This document shows, piece by piece, positions 41,101 through 49,340 of a stretch of DNA of 64,000 nt (position 1 is its first letter; the number at the start of each line of letters is the position of its first letter). The position numbers and the translations under genes are program-made. Below the pieces are notes generated by a model. That model did no database searches, was not told the origin of the DNA, and saw nothing but the letters and a program-made list of their open reading frames with translations. The stretch is from a virus: positions 3,473 to 67,472 of the IMG/VR virus record IMGVR_UViG_3300023175_000028; one strand, given 5' to 3'.

Positions 41101-44100
41101 ACTAAATGGTTCTATTTCTCCTGGAGGAAGAGAAGCAAGTGCATATGCTATTATAGGAAATAGTCCTGTAAGAAGTATAAAAACAATCATAAAATTTGAT
41201 AGAGTATCTGGAACATATGAATTTGTAAATTTAGACACAATACAAAACTTTGTAGCATCTGGATCTATAATTACATTTGATTTAGATTGGCCTATGGATT
41301 TAAGAACAACAACTGTTCGTGTTTTTGAAAATGACGACGAAGTCCTTGCAAGACGTTATACATATTCTAACCAACTTGATAAATCTAAAGGATATGATAG
41401 ATACTTGGGTCAATTAAAGTTTGTTGATCCACCAGTTGCAAATTCAAACATTAGAATTGAATATTCTAAAGATATAAATTTATTAAAAGCACAAGATCGT
41501 ATTAATTTAGCATATCAACCAACTGGCGATAACTTTGGTAAAACATTAGGACAACTAATGGACGGCGTTGACTACGGCGGAGTTCAAGTAAGATCTTTTG
41601 ATTTTGGCGGAACAACTGGCTGGAATACAGCACCGTGGATGACACAGGGTTGGGACGTATTTGACACTGCATTTGAAGATGAAATATTCTTATTTAAAAC
41701 AGTAATAATAGAATTTGATTCGCCAATTAGTGTTAGACCTAATGAAGTACTAACACAAAACAATACACTTGCATCAGGTAAAGTAATTGGATCTACCGAA
41801 ACAACTGTAACATTGCAAGCAGACTTTGATTCTAATTTTTCAACAGAAGATGAAATATATGGAGAAGATAGTACGCTAATTGGCGCAGATAGCTCTGTTA
41901 GAACACCAATTAATGTTAGTAATACATTACCTTTAAACACTCCGCTTGAAGAAGGAATAGAATATAATGTTTACAGAACAGCATATGATGCTAATGGGCA
42001 AGTCTTAACAAATTATAGAGTTGATGATTCTGAATGGGACGGCTCTACAGTAGGTACACAGGATAATCCGTATGCAAATATGCTACCAATACAAGGAAAT
42101 CAAGAAACTGAACTTGATGTTAATGATTTAGGTGTAGATACTGAATTACAAACAGGAGAAGTAAGACTTGCAATAGTAATTCGTAAAGTTACTTCAGACG
42201 GATCGTTTATTCCTGATCCAGATAGTTTTGACACATCAATTGATGGCGGCAATTTAATATATGGAACAGCTACAGGATTAGATTCTGCAGATATTAATAT
42301 TGACGGCGACGGATTTGTTACGCCAACAACATCTAAAGGTCCTGAAGAAATTGTTCCAGGACAAACATTAGACACTGTAGATATCCAAGTTTACGAAAAA
42401 CCATCTGGTGGTAGTAGTCAAATTACTTGTAGAAATTATATTGGTAATGGAGTAAAATCTAATTTTGACATAGGAACACCAATAGGTCAATTTGCCAACT
42501 TGTTTGTTAAAGTTGATTACACAGTAATGAACACAAATGATTATACAGTAGACGTTGCAACTAATCAAGTAATTTTCTTTAATCCGCCTGCAGATAATTC
42601 AAGAATTAATATTATTAATCTTGGAGTTAGTGCAACAACAATTTTAGATATTGATACATTTATTGGTAACGGAACTACAATAGATTTCTTAACTAATGCA
42701 AGATTTGAAGATAATGCAAACGGATTAGTAACTGTAGATGGCGAAGTTGTAGACATAACTTTAGTTGAGTCCGATGACACATACGAAAATAGTGGTAATT
42801 TTGTAGTAAGATTTGCTACGCCGCCTAAAGATGGCGCAATTATACAAATGATGTTAGCAGTAGGCGGCGTTGAAATATTCCAGCAATACAGTACTGTAAA
42901 TATTGATACATTTACTGCCGATGGAAGCACAACACAATACGAATTGTCTCAAGCACCATTTGAACAACAGCCAGAAAGTGCTTATGTGTTAGTTAAAGTA
43001 AACAATAAGATTTTAGATCCTGGTTACAGTCAAAAATTTGAAGTTACTACTGCACTAAGAGAATACCAATTAGATTTAACACAAATTCCAACTGCAACAG
43101 TTAACTCTTTTGACTTGGCAGTATACCTAAACGGTATTGAACTTGAGTATTTACAAAACTGGACATTTGAAGGCGCAGGATCGTTTAATCCAAATGTACC
43201 TCCTCAATCGCAGCCAGGTAGCACTGTTACACTTGCCGCAGGTATTGGCGAAGATGGTGATGAATTAACAGTATATGTTCTTACTTCGGGTGAATACAGA
43301 ATGGGGTATTATGAACAAGATAATACATATGTTAAAACGCCAAAAGTATTAAACTTAGATAATGCATTTAGCGAAGATGATACTATTACAGTTTACCAAT
43401 TTAGTAATCACGATAGTCAAGGTTTTGAAAGACAAAGTTTTGAAGTTACAGAAAAAACTGAAACTACACCTGGTACTAAATTATATTACGATTTTAAACT
43501 ACTTGAAAAAGGCTATATTACATTACGTAAACCTGCAAGAGACGCAGAATATGTTTGGGTAGTTAAAAACGGCGATTTACTATCTCCAAGTGTTGATTAT
43601 AGTATTACTTCAAATAGACGTTATGTTAAATTAGTTCAACAACCAAACGAAGGTGACAAACTACAAGTATTACATTTTTCTGATAATACAGTAGTTGATA
43701 AGTTTGGCTGGCGTCAGTTTAAAGACATTCTTAATAGAACTCATTATAAACGTCTTGAAGAAATTTATCATTTAGAAGAGCCATTAAATTGGTATGATAA
43801 GACAATTAAAGTTGTTGACGGTAACGGATTACCGGAGCCTGAAGTTGGAGCAAAATATCCAGGCGTTATCTTTATTGAGGGTGAGAGAATTGAATACTTT
43901 AGGAAAGTAGGTAACGAACTATTACAACTTCGCAGAGGAACACTTGGAACAGGTGTTAAAGATGTTTATGACGCTGGCACAATGCTTATGGAACAAGGTG
44001 TTGATACTACATTACCATACAAAGACGAAGAAGAAATAATTACAGTTACATCTTCTGGATTTAGTACTGGAAGCGACAGTTATGAAAACAGCCCAGGAAT

Positions 44101-44764
44101 GGGCGTAACCAGTATTACATATGACTTTAATAATAATACGGCATTTCCATTAGGCGGACAAGTAACAACAGTTATTGGAACAGGATTTACAGATAGGGTA
44201 GAAATTTACGTTGGAACAACAAAATGCGAAGCAACATTTATTTCAGAAAATGAATTAACCTTTGTAACTCCTGCACTACCTGTTGGATCATATGACTTGA
44301 TTGTTGTAAATCCGTTTACAACTGTACCTATTGATACTCCACAAACAAGTTTTGTTGTTCCTGGAGGTATTAAATATGTTCAAATTTTATTACCATTTGC
44401 ACCTATTCCTAACCCAGCAAGTGCAACAGATTGGTATAAAGACACTATTCCAGAAGAATATTGGGAAGCACAGGATATTGAAGTTTTCGTAGCTGGTAGG
44501 CGTTTACGTAAAACTCCGATAAGTAAGTATAATTACGATGCACAAGATAGTCCAGAAGGGGACATAATCTTAGAGGCAGAGTATGCTGTAAATAAAAATA
44601 TAGGAGCATATGTGCGTTTAACAACTCCACCACCAGAAGGGACAACAGTAACTATTATTAGAAAGATCGGTACAACATGGTCTGACAGAGGAACTACTAT
44701 AGCAAATAGCGATTCTAACATTGCTAAGTTCTTACGTGCTAAGACAACTGAGCTACCACGATAA
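29174..44764 (+). CDS. Giant multidomain baseplate/virion protein (gp7-like position), 5196 aa
   Basis: Uninterrupted 15.6-kb ORF after gp6; FG-GAP-like propeller repeats, Y..GD.V.Y....Y modules, G.GY repeats and an IPT/TIG-like C-terminal domain. Confidence 0.8.
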   Translation: MAYNDDQKPQNLPAGNTTPRRKSADHLPRYFRTNVNNKFLSATVDQLIQPGVAEKLNGYYGQKNAKGYQKGDFYIGDVSKSREDYQLEPVSLVKDDLNNIDFYADYNDYINQLNSLGSAIDDHSVLNRQEYYAWNPHIDWDKFVNFREYYWLPNGPQTIQIAGETDEVTKTYQVTSVNNGEHYGYVFNPDGQTQNPTLTLYRGVTYRFEIDASGNPLSFRTRKETAPIFRPNISYFRGDKVQYEGSIYLCTDNHNAGNELDIEFWDLDTTFNLTTNVSAQSIDNGVIELTLDASTPNLIYYMSDNDVFASGTINVLDLVEASSINVEQEILKLKTYTTGTGVSLSNGMKVEFVGNVTPEKYAEGAWYVEGVGSEIDLISEVDLSTPSAYTDDIEIGFDNDENGFGVLPFSEAVGYPLNKDYLTINRGSRDGNLWSKYNRWFHKDVIEKSAEANKQVSNIDQSQRATRPIIEFNANLKLYNFGTKRKLTIDLVDSFTKDVFSTIEGSVGYNIDDVDVTNGMRILFTADPDPRVYGKIFEVKFITFQNKRQITLQETEDTDPLLNEVLLCNQGTVNRGRMLWFDGSVWKLAQQKTEINQAPLFDVFDENGNSYSDTEVFDSTTFAGTKIFSYAQGYGANDTELGFPLEYRSIENVGDIVFKFNLLDDVINCAYIGEDVITKPLSVGYIRQYPKRNTWKTLSGWTKASLLSNQPVIRQYINDNTRTFFTLDVYENSALLDDLWLRVFVNNNLKFENTDFTIGSDNNNNLTITFNYELSEGDVIILKTRSSAEKTQYGKYEIASNLERNPLNQDITEFTLGEVNDHVGTIIEELTTFSGVYPGFSNLRDLGEVSQYGKRIVKHSCPINLPLYHIVDKEANIVKSLKFARREYGKFKRSFLQKANDLGFSGPVKDHVDLILNELTKDKIKTMPFYFSDMVPFTGSVRSTTEVLDEENNFFALNKIYNFSQPSSDAVQVYLNGIQLILNKDYTFNDQGFVIITANKSPGDIIDIYEYESTNGSYVPPTPTKLGIYPKYEPKKYIDNTYLEPQEVIQGHDGSITVAYDDFRDDLILELEKRIYNNIKVDYDPDMFDIYDYIPGHSRNTGIEQSQINDSMISDFIQWIQLVDEDYTNNTFFERENSFTFNYTGVFDPQDRPLNGWWRAVYKYAFDTDRPHTHPWEMQGFSIKPDWWEDQYGSAPYTSNNLLMWEDIEKGIVRFPDTPGVSVPKFARNNITNNIPVDEDGNLLSPVYSSFVKSYNTTELNRNFVFGDHSPIETAWRKGSEYPFSLITALVLNQPARTFASIFDRVRQTKNLLGQRNYLGPNEHITLQKLVFPNDVNETNRVFTSGLINYVYDYLASSVTTTFNNYKNRLSTINNQLGFKIGGFTTKDKFKLILDSRTPLNKGNVFVPEENYNIFLNKSSPVKSITYSGVIIEKQSFGFIVRGYDQVAPYFTYNPAIPLQNDPLINIGGINASFVEWDSRKTYVAGAIVQHQNSFYRVVETHDSGQEFDETKFVKIPELPVQGGREAYFRKAFKNNSERLPYGTVFKNIQDLVDFLLGYGYWLEKQGFVFDFYSAKDEFVSNWQTSAKEFMFWTTQNWNAGSVITLSPGAFQIKFISEYSVVDDIYDTFYGYSLLKADGKKLQPENVTLTRENPKEFIIKPKATEDGIYSVRLSLVQKEHALIIDNKTVFGDIIYDQEPGYRQQRLKVLGYRTDNWDGSLNIPGFVFDDAKITEWKPWQDYAIGDLVKYKEFYYSAKNKVTGTEVFVASEWVRLSEKPEMGLIPNFEYKTNQFADFYDLDTDNFDVEQQKFAQHLIGYQNRDYLANIINDDVSQYKFYQGMIQDKGSKNALTKLFDVLGSADKDSLEFYEEWAIKQGQYGAAQGFEEVEFILDEDQFKLQPQSVELVNQIRGDETDLVYRIRPFEVFLRPTDYDHKPFPTTYVDKTYTKNSGYVNPEDVDFTVSTFDNITNIDYTKLSYGDIVWAGNVGLGWDVYLYTSADIVLESVSAEKEFVFKTLPTMFSEGDIIGIEYTDAEGVEVKELAKVTQVLNNKIKVNNTSAQESETITNPIISRFISVRVKDFDEASKLVQTFKTNIGKIWIDEDLDKKWRVIEQKASFEEHQVISNTESGLRNQYGISIDASDNNTLLVVGSPDDDDGKVFVYVRAGNSGAYSLNQVVEPELGIADSNQKFGASVAVTDNGRYLIVGSPEASNVRSTFKGDYDSSQDYSQFDIVTYKDNNWQATKDIEGAEVNINFGSFESVPEILRDLGQIESNADIKPALLTGDYPFTNINTDHFLIKAPFDMYEGSGIGDTVKLVWNKLTQANQDIDTLQEVLPFADQVPDLSAEFLTAGHIISEKIDSILYVENSNTIPLVGQIVETQTGFGEVSYTFNDGAKATIYIKNQNGTFGFFGSLTTSIGEFVGEYVTVAPNDTVADADEKWGGYWRVEKAPYLVSSINSDVGRGLVYTDVIPSGNPDPNRFYYNILNYQTDISSSLDSIHSQITTLSYRGNPGPGGVTDDFESSLWVARAPKPLTDVLNVVAPGDQSNDTVDFFYNDLPNYNTGNFNNPEDIGLGVEQMNKTHTIYDVWDGYIDFRITKNLGGIPIEPKVGLTVRDVTNLGTAEVMFYQRFDTNNGRIYVKNVTGNWAVGNLFGENREIEFLADGSGDALYDPISGSRVFGQIEQRAFPLDEANIGKLVVFDNSATINVQDVDADVTTKEDTILDNEYWFYREETVLGIARPANIPTIANNDWELIYNIPASIDGVQSGLTKEGMFSIYERKGIGAFVKLNSFTVTERGNNQYLGSELKVSNNNEFYRLIVKQTGDGTNTNPGRLYMFNNGEFNGIDYGWESARDKNYRGPFDDTTLYYPQEIVYYNNKLYQAEILNGPGTFDVRDWNELDQNVNYLGFIPNRSANIVTDADQIIEDENLLEFARAYDISKDGEVIVITTTYNENAENTVEIYRNINGLFYRDQTILSPSKLTQYGSNIALSNDGKLIAVGAPYNDDEGLDHGTVYVYKQQDGSFLESQKLYSPKDDKTELFGWSVDFDGDRLIIGSANGDSLITTTFDGSSVGNEKPVTTFDKEFTTFKNITQDTGNIRVYERLNDYMLYSQTIDFDRDNVSLFGRSVLLRKNHVYAGLPTFKSGIYTGAVVDYRLDDNTTIWENLRVTKNPVDVSKIKRAVLYNTKTNTILQYIDYIDVLQGKIAGPAEQELTYKTPYDPATYNTGIAPNTDKTNSWGEAQEGQLWWDLTNAKFRNPYQGNVIFSSNNWNSSFSNQNSIDVYEWVKSKYLPSEWDEKSGTNEGLKQGITGKTRSGDDAYVLKRVYDTASGTFTNYYYYWVRNKTTLPAIEDRKTTARDVARLIRDPANEGYKFIALITENEFAVFNCENILSDRDIALSIQYWTIEDQNINIHNQYQIITEGLETSLPSTDIQRKWFDSLVGYDEKNRQVPAPELSAKEKYGILNKPRQGWFINREEALKETIERINSVLKDNLISDDKDITNLTDIDPEPTKSSKVWDRSVDTKIELQFVGVAKAEQATLEPVVENGKIVRVNITNGGRGYLQEPTVTVLGTGKDAEIKTVINNQGTVTDVIIENAGTNYAQDNTRLAVRRYTVLVKADESLNNKWALYERDTVAKEWILVESQAYDVTKYWDYIDWYAPGYNSFTKIDTVIEQSYDLSRLNDSIGDIVKIQTVGTGGWLLLEKINNQEGEDYSVNYKTIGRENGTIQFKETLYNVEDSKVGFDTTNYDALTFDSLPTTETRIILNTIKDNVFIEELALEYNKLFFASLRYVFAEQNYVDWAFKSSFIKAKHNVGELEQKVNFQNDNLPSYEEYIKEVKPFKTKIREYLSSYESTDVAGNNVSDFDLPARYVLTSDGIEPLRVKSYNTGIVADNPEELENYPNKNWIDNSGYKVVKIELDDPGQGYTSPPTVTIEGNKGAVAKASLGKNGSISGIRVFDQGEGYLESPKITLNGSISPGGREASAYAIIGNSPVRSIKTIIKFDRVSGTYEFVNLDTIQNFVASGSIITFDLDWPMDLRTTTVRVFENDDEVLARRYTYSNQLDKSKGYDRYLGQLKFVDPPVANSNIRIEYSKDINLLKAQDRINLAYQPTGDNFGKTLGQLMDGVDYGGVQVRSFDFGGTTGWNTAPWMTQGWDVFDTAFEDEIFLFKTVIIEFDSPISVRPNEVLTQNNTLASGKVIGSTETTVTLQADFDSNFSTEDEIYGEDSTLIGADSSVRTPINVSNTLPLNTPLEEGIEYNVYRTAYDANGQVLTNYRVDDSEWDGSTVGTQDNPYANMLPIQGNQETELDVNDLGVDTELQTGEVRLAIVIRKVTSDGSFIPDPDSFDTSIDGGNLIYGTATGLDSADINIDGDGFVTPTTSKGPEEIVPGQTLDTVDIQVYEKPSGGSSQITCRNYIGNGVKSNFDIGTPIGQFANLFVKVDYTVMNTNDYTVDVATNQVIFFNPPADNSRINIINLGVSATTILDIDTFIGNGTTIDFLTNARFEDNANGLVTVDGEVVDITLVESDDTYENSGNFVVRFATPPKDGAIIQMMLAVGGVEIFQQYSTVNIDTFTADGSTTQYELSQAPFEQQPESAYVLVKVNNKILDPGYSQKFEVTTALREYQLDLTQIPTATVNSFDLAVYLNGIELEYLQNWTFEGAGSFNPNVPPQSQPGSTVTLAAGIGEDGDELTVYVLTSGEYRMGYYEQDNTYVKTPKVLNLDNAFSEDDTITVYQFSNHDSQGFERQSFEVTEKTETTPGTKLYYDFKLLEKGYITLRKPARDAEYVWVVKNGDLLSPSVDYSITSNRRYVKLVQQPNEGDKLQVLHFSDNTVVDKFGWRQFKDILNRTHYKRLEEIYHLEEPLNWYDKTIKVVDGNGLPEPEVGAKYPGVIFIEGERIEYFRKVGNELLQLRRGTLGTGVKDVYDAGTMLMEQGVDTTLPYKDEEEIITVTSSGFSTGSDSYENSPGMGVTSITYDFNNNTAFPLGGQVTTVIGTGFTDRVEIYVGTTKCEATFISENELTFVTPALPVGSYDLIVVNPFTTVPIDTPQTSFVVPGGIKYVQILLPFAPIPNPASATDWYKDTIPEEYWEAQDIEVFVAGRRLRKTPISKYNYDAQDSPEGDIILEAEYAVNKNIGAYVRLTTPPPEGTTVTIIRKIGTTWSDRGTTIANSDSNIAKFLRAKTTELPR

Positions 44765-44785
44765 ATAGTATAGCAGGAAAATAAA

Positions 44786-45400
44786 ATGGCAGACAAATTT
44801 AAAGATTTTAATGGAACACTGATACAAGGTCATATTAAGATAACTGACCCAGAATCAGGAAAAGTTATTGTAGATAAGCGTAATGCTATCCACTACGAAA
44901 ACATGAGTATTTCGTTAGCTGAATCATTAGCTAATAATGGTAGCGGCTGGATATACGAAATGAGCTTTGGTAATGGAGGAACATCAGTGGATCCTACAGG
45001 TATTATTACGTACCTTACTCCTAACAGTACTGGAACAAATGCAAGTTTGTATAATCAAACTTATACAAAAGTTGTAGATGACAGAAGTGTTAACAATATT
45101 GATCCAATTAGAAATAAAATTGAAACAAGACACATTAGCGGTACTAACTACACAGATATTGTTGTTACTTGTTTATTAGACTACGGAGAGCCAGCAGGTC
45201 AAGATGCATTTGATAATGCAACTGACGAAGCAAGTTCATTTATTTTTGATGAACTGGGACTAAGGGCTTATTCAACACAAGGTACAGGACGTCTGCTTAC
45301 ACATGTTATTTTCCATCCTGTGCAAAAATCATTGAATAGATTAATCCAAGTAGATTATACCGTAAGAATTCAATCATTATCAGGTTTTAACGAGGTTTAA
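44786..45400 (+). CDS. Virion structural protein (baseplate/fibre attachment)
   Basis: 204 aa with FDELGL and HVIFHPVQKS; GATAAATA motif at 44760-44767. Confidence 0.65.
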   Translation: MADKFKDFNGTLIQGHIKITDPESGKVIVDKRNAIHYENMSISLAESLANNGSGWIYEMSFGNGGTSVDPTGIITYLTPNSTGTNASLYNQTYTKVVDDRSVNNIDPIRNKIETRHISGTNYTDIVVTCLLDYGEPAGQDAFDNATDEASSFIFDELGLRAYSTQGTGRLLTHVIFHPVQKSLNRLIQVDYTVRIQSLSGFNEV

Positions 45401-45403
45401 TAA

Positions 45404-47434
45404 ATGCCATATACTATTCCATATACAGATGAAGCAAACAATGGTACTATTACTGTAATTGATAATACTATTGATCAAAGTACTTCAATTAAATTTCCTG
45501 GTAAAAACGTAACATCATATGGTAGTGCTATTGCTGAAAACTTCCTGCATATGCTTGAAAACTTTGCAAGTGCAACAGAACCTCCAAGAGCAACAGAAGG
45601 TCAGTTATGGTATAATACTACTCCGGGAGCAGAACAACTTAAAGTATATGACGGAACAGTTTGGGTTCCAGCAGGCGGTTTAAATAGAGCTCCGACAGCA
45701 CCAGATGTTGCATTTTCTCAAACTGGTGATCTTTGGGTTGACACAGATAATCAGCAACTTTATTTAAACTCAGGTTCTGGTTGGGTACTTGTTGGTCCTA
45801 CATTTAGTGATGGTTTAGCAACAGGTGCAACACCTCTAACATTAACAGGTGTTGATAATCAGGATTATACAGTTTTACAGGTAGAAGTTGAAGCACAACC
45901 TGTAGCAATTATTTCTGCAGATACCTTTACACCTAAAGTAGTTATACCAGGATTTACAGTTATTAATCCAGGTATAAATTTATCCACAAGAGATTTTACA
46001 GGAGAAGGCGGATCTCCTAAATTTTATGGCACAGCAGAAAAAGCAGAAAACTTAATTGTTAATAATACTCCTGTTGACGCTGGTAACTTTTTACGTGGTG
46101 ATGTAAGTAGTACTACGCTATTTCCTGTAACAGTACAAAATAATACAGGTTTAATTATTGGTACAGATGCGGCACTAAACGTAGGTGTTGACGGCCAAGC
46201 TGGTGTTATTAGACACCAAATTGAAGGCTCTAATATTGACTTACAAGTTAAAAATTCTGGTTCAACTCGTACAGTTTTGCGTGTTGATTCTAATTTGCGT
46301 GTAGGTATTAACAATCTTGCTCCAGACGAAGCACTTGATGTTATTGGAAATATTCAAACAGATTCAGACTTATTTGTAAATGGCACTACACAGAGTTCTA
46401 CAATTAATACAGGAAGTGTTATTGTTAAAGGCGGCGTAGGTATTGCAAGAAATTTAAATGTTGGCGGCAATACACAAGTATTAGGAATTACTACATTAGG
46501 ACCAACAATTCCAGATGGCAATAACACAAGAGATTTAGGAGCACCTGCTTCTAAATGGCGTAACATTTATTCAACTACATTTATTGGTAACTTAACTGGT
46601 AATGTTAACGGTACTGTATCAGGTATTGCAGGTTCAGCAAATAAATTAACATCTGCAAGTTCGTTTAGAATTGCAGGTGACGTTGCAACAACAGAAGATG
46701 TAGTATTTGACGGACAAACCGGCGGATCGTTAAAAACATTCCAAACAATTATTTCAAATGAGATTGTTTCTGGTAAGGATGAAACGTTTGAATCTCAAAT
46801 TGACGACGAATTACTTATTAACAGAACTACAGGTAATACTGGATTATATAAAATTTCAAGACGTAACTTATTAGATTCAGTGCCAACTAATCCGCCAGGG
46901 GTTGTATTGCCATATGCAGGTTCAGCAGTTCCACAGGGTTGGTTACTATGTGACGGAAGTGAAGTAAGAATTTCAGAATACGGATTACTATTTGAAGCTA
47001 TTGGATATTCTTTTGGAGCTCGTGCTACAATTACAGCAGGATTTTTTAAAGTCCCAGACTTAAGAGGTAGATTGCCTCTTGGTGCAGATAACATGGGTGG
47101 CCAAAGTGCAGATACTGTTACCGCAGATTATGCAGACGGTGTTGGACAGATTGGCGGATCAGAAACAGAAAATATTGCAGTTGAAAATTTACCAGAACAC
47201 AAGCATGATATGAGAGGCGACAGCGGCGATCAGTACTATGGCATTAGAGATATTAGCGGCACACCAAATGATAACGAAGCTATCGTTTATGACGCACCTA
47301 ATGCAAGCGGCAACGGCCAGGCTCTACCAAACAGTGGTGGTATTTTAACTGATGCAGAAGAATTAGGTATTCCGTTGAATATTATGAATCCAACATTAAC
47401 GATGAATTATATTATTTGGACAGGCAGGGTATAA
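45404..47434 (+). CDS. Tail fibre protein with tail-collar domain
   Basis: PPGVVLPYAGSAVPQGWLLCDG...FKVPDLRGR collar motif; shared ENF..MLENFA...GQLWY N-terminus. Confidence 0.85.
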   Translation: MPYTIPYTDEANNGTITVIDNTIDQSTSIKFPGKNVTSYGSAIAENFLHMLENFASATEPPRATEGQLWYNTTPGAEQLKVYDGTVWVPAGGLNRAPTAPDVAFSQTGDLWVDTDNQQLYLNSGSGWVLVGPTFSDGLATGATPLTLTGVDNQDYTVLQVEVEAQPVAIISADTFTPKVVIPGFTVINPGINLSTRDFTGEGGSPKFYGTAEKAENLIVNNTPVDAGNFLRGDVSSTTLFPVTVQNNTGLIIGTDAALNVGVDGQAGVIRHQIEGSNIDLQVKNSGSTRTVLRVDSNLRVGINNLAPDEALDVIGNIQTDSDLFVNGTTQSSTINTGSVIVKGGVGIARNLNVGGNTQVLGITTLGPTIPDGNNTRDLGAPASKWRNIYSTTFIGNLTGNVNGTVSGIAGSANKLTSASSFRIAGDVATTEDVVFDGQTGGSLKTFQTIISNEIVSGKDETFESQIDDELLINRTTGNTGLYKISRRNLLDSVPTNPPGVVLPYAGSAVPQGWLLCDGSEVRISEYGLLFEAIGYSFGARATITAGFFKVPDLRGRLPLGADNMGGQSADTVTADYADGVGQIGGSETENIAVENLPEHKHDMRGDSGDQYYGIRDISGTPNDNEAIVYDAPNASGNGQALPNSGGILTDAEELGIPLNIMNPTLTMNYIIWTGRV

Positions 47435-47437
47435 TCA

Positions 47438-49294
47438 ATGAGCTATAAATTAAATAAAACTGATGGCGAACTTTTAGTAGAATTAGCAGATGGTATCATT
47501 GATAATTCCACTACTGACATAACGTTAGTTGGTAAAAATTATAAAGGTTTTGGCGAGTTTATAAACGAAAACTTTATTAAAATGGTAGAAAATTTTGCCG
47601 GAACTAATACTCCAGGCAAACCATTAGTAGGTCAATTATGGTATGATACTGGCCAAGCACGATTGAAATTATATGATGGAAGTACTTTTAGAACTGCTGG
47701 CGGACCAATAGTATCAAATACTCAACCAGATATGGTTGCAGGTGATATTTGGATTGACAACGAAAACAATAAAATGTATTTCTTTGACGGTACAGATTTA
47801 GTACTTGTAGGTCCTGAATATGATGCGGCACAAGGACAAACTGGATTTGAAGTAGCATCAGTTATTGATATTTCAGCACGTGAACGTGTTGTTCTTAAAA
47901 TATGGATTGGTGGTACATTATTTGGTGTAATTACAAAAGAAGAATTTTTACTTGCAGGTGAAAACAAAATACCTGGATTTCCTGATGATGAAGATGATAT
48001 TGTTATACCAAAAAGACAAAAGTACAGTCAAGGATTTAATTTAGTAGATTCAAATTTTTGGTATAGAGGAACAGCTTCAGAAGCAAGATCTCTTGTTGAT
48101 ACAGACGGAACTGCATACTCATCAGCTGACTTTTTACCTACAGGCGAAAATGGTGAGACAACTGGTTCTATAAAAATTAAAAATAGTGCAGGTTTAAGTA
48201 TTGGTATTGCTGATACTGAATATATGACACTTAAAATTGTAGGTACAACTACTACACTTGAAACACAACAAAGTGGAACTGATGTTGCTATTAGAACAAG
48301 AAGCGGAAACCAGTTTACTGATGCTTTAAAAATTGATGCAATTAATAGTCGTATGGGCATTTTTAAAAGTGAGCCAGAATATACACTTGATGTTGCAGGA
48401 ACAATGCACACATCGTCAAGTGTAATAATTGATGGCGACTTAACAGTAAACGGTGATGCCACATATGTTAATGTACAAAACTTACAAGTTGAAGATATTA
48501 ATATTGAATTAGGAGTGTCAGACGGTTCAATAGAGAATGATGCAGGAGTAGACGGCGCAGGCATTATTATTAAATCATCAGAAGGAGACAAGACGTTTGT
48601 TTACGATAATAGTACAACGTCATTTGATTCAAATTTAAATTTTAATCTTGAAGCTGGAAATGAGTTTAGAATTAATGATACACTTATAGCAAGTTCTACT
48701 GAATTAGGATCAGGTATAACATTAGCAAGTGGTCTTTCACAAATTGGCACATTAGTTAATCTTAATGTAGACAACATTAACTTAGATGGAAATACTATTA
48801 GTACATCAGTTACTGGTCTAACATTTGATTTATCTGGTCCAATGAACGTATCAAATACACAAATTAAAGATGTTAATGATCCAACAGATCCACAAGATTC
48901 TGCAACTAAGGCATATGTTGATAGGGTTGTTGACTCAGAACCTGTAGTAATGGCATTAGATACTACTGGATTAGCATCTCCAAGTGCTGGAAATCCTTAT
49001 ACAGATGTAATTGGTATTTTAGAGACACTTTTCCCAGCATCAGAGAAAGAAGAAAATACTGTTGCAAGAATTCATTGTACATCATATACAGGTGTTGAAG
49101 TTACAGGTATTGATGTACAATCTGCTATGAGTAAAAGCTATTTGTCAGTGCTGACAGACGATTCAACAGCACAGTCGGTAGTACAAGACGTTAACTTTAG
49201 TCCAGTTGATGCACTTGCAAATTTAACACCATCCAGACAAACTATGACATTTAGGGTAACAGGTGGTGTTTGGTCTTGGATCGGAACAGCGTAA
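47438..49294 (+). CDS. Tail fibre / baseplate-attached fibre protein
   Basis: Shared LVGKNYKGFGEFINENF N-terminus; DPTDPQDSATKAYVD neck motif. Confidence 0.75.
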   Translation: MSYKLNKTDGELLVELADGIIDNSTTDITLVGKNYKGFGEFINENFIKMVENFAGTNTPGKPLVGQLWYDTGQARLKLYDGSTFRTAGGPIVSNTQPDMVAGDIWIDNENNKMYFFDGTDLVLVGPEYDAAQGQTGFEVASVIDISARERVVLKIWIGGTLFGVITKEEFLLAGENKIPGFPDDEDDIVIPKRQKYSQGFNLVDSNFWYRGTASEARSLVDTDGTAYSSADFLPTGENGETTGSIKIKNSAGLSIGIADTEYMTLKIVGTTTTLETQQSGTDVAIRTRSGNQFTDALKIDAINSRMGIFKSEPEYTLDVAGTMHTSSSVIIDGDLTVNGDATYVNVQNLQVEDINIELGVSDGSIENDAGVDGAGIIIKSSEGDKTFVYDNSTTSFDSNLNFNLEAGNEFRINDTLIASSTELGSGITLASGLSQIGTLVNLNVDNINLDGNTISTSVTGLTFDLSGPMNVSNTQIKDVNDPTDPQDSATKAYVDRVVDSEPVVMALDTTGLASPSAGNPYTDVIGILETLFPASEKEENTVARIHCTSYTGVEVTGIDVQSAMSKSYLSVLTDDSTAQSVVQDVNFSPVDALANLTPSRQTMTFRVTGGVWSWIGTA

Positions 49295-49340
49295 TATTTA
49301 CAAAAGCGATAAATATTAAATATAACAGGGGTTAGAACAG

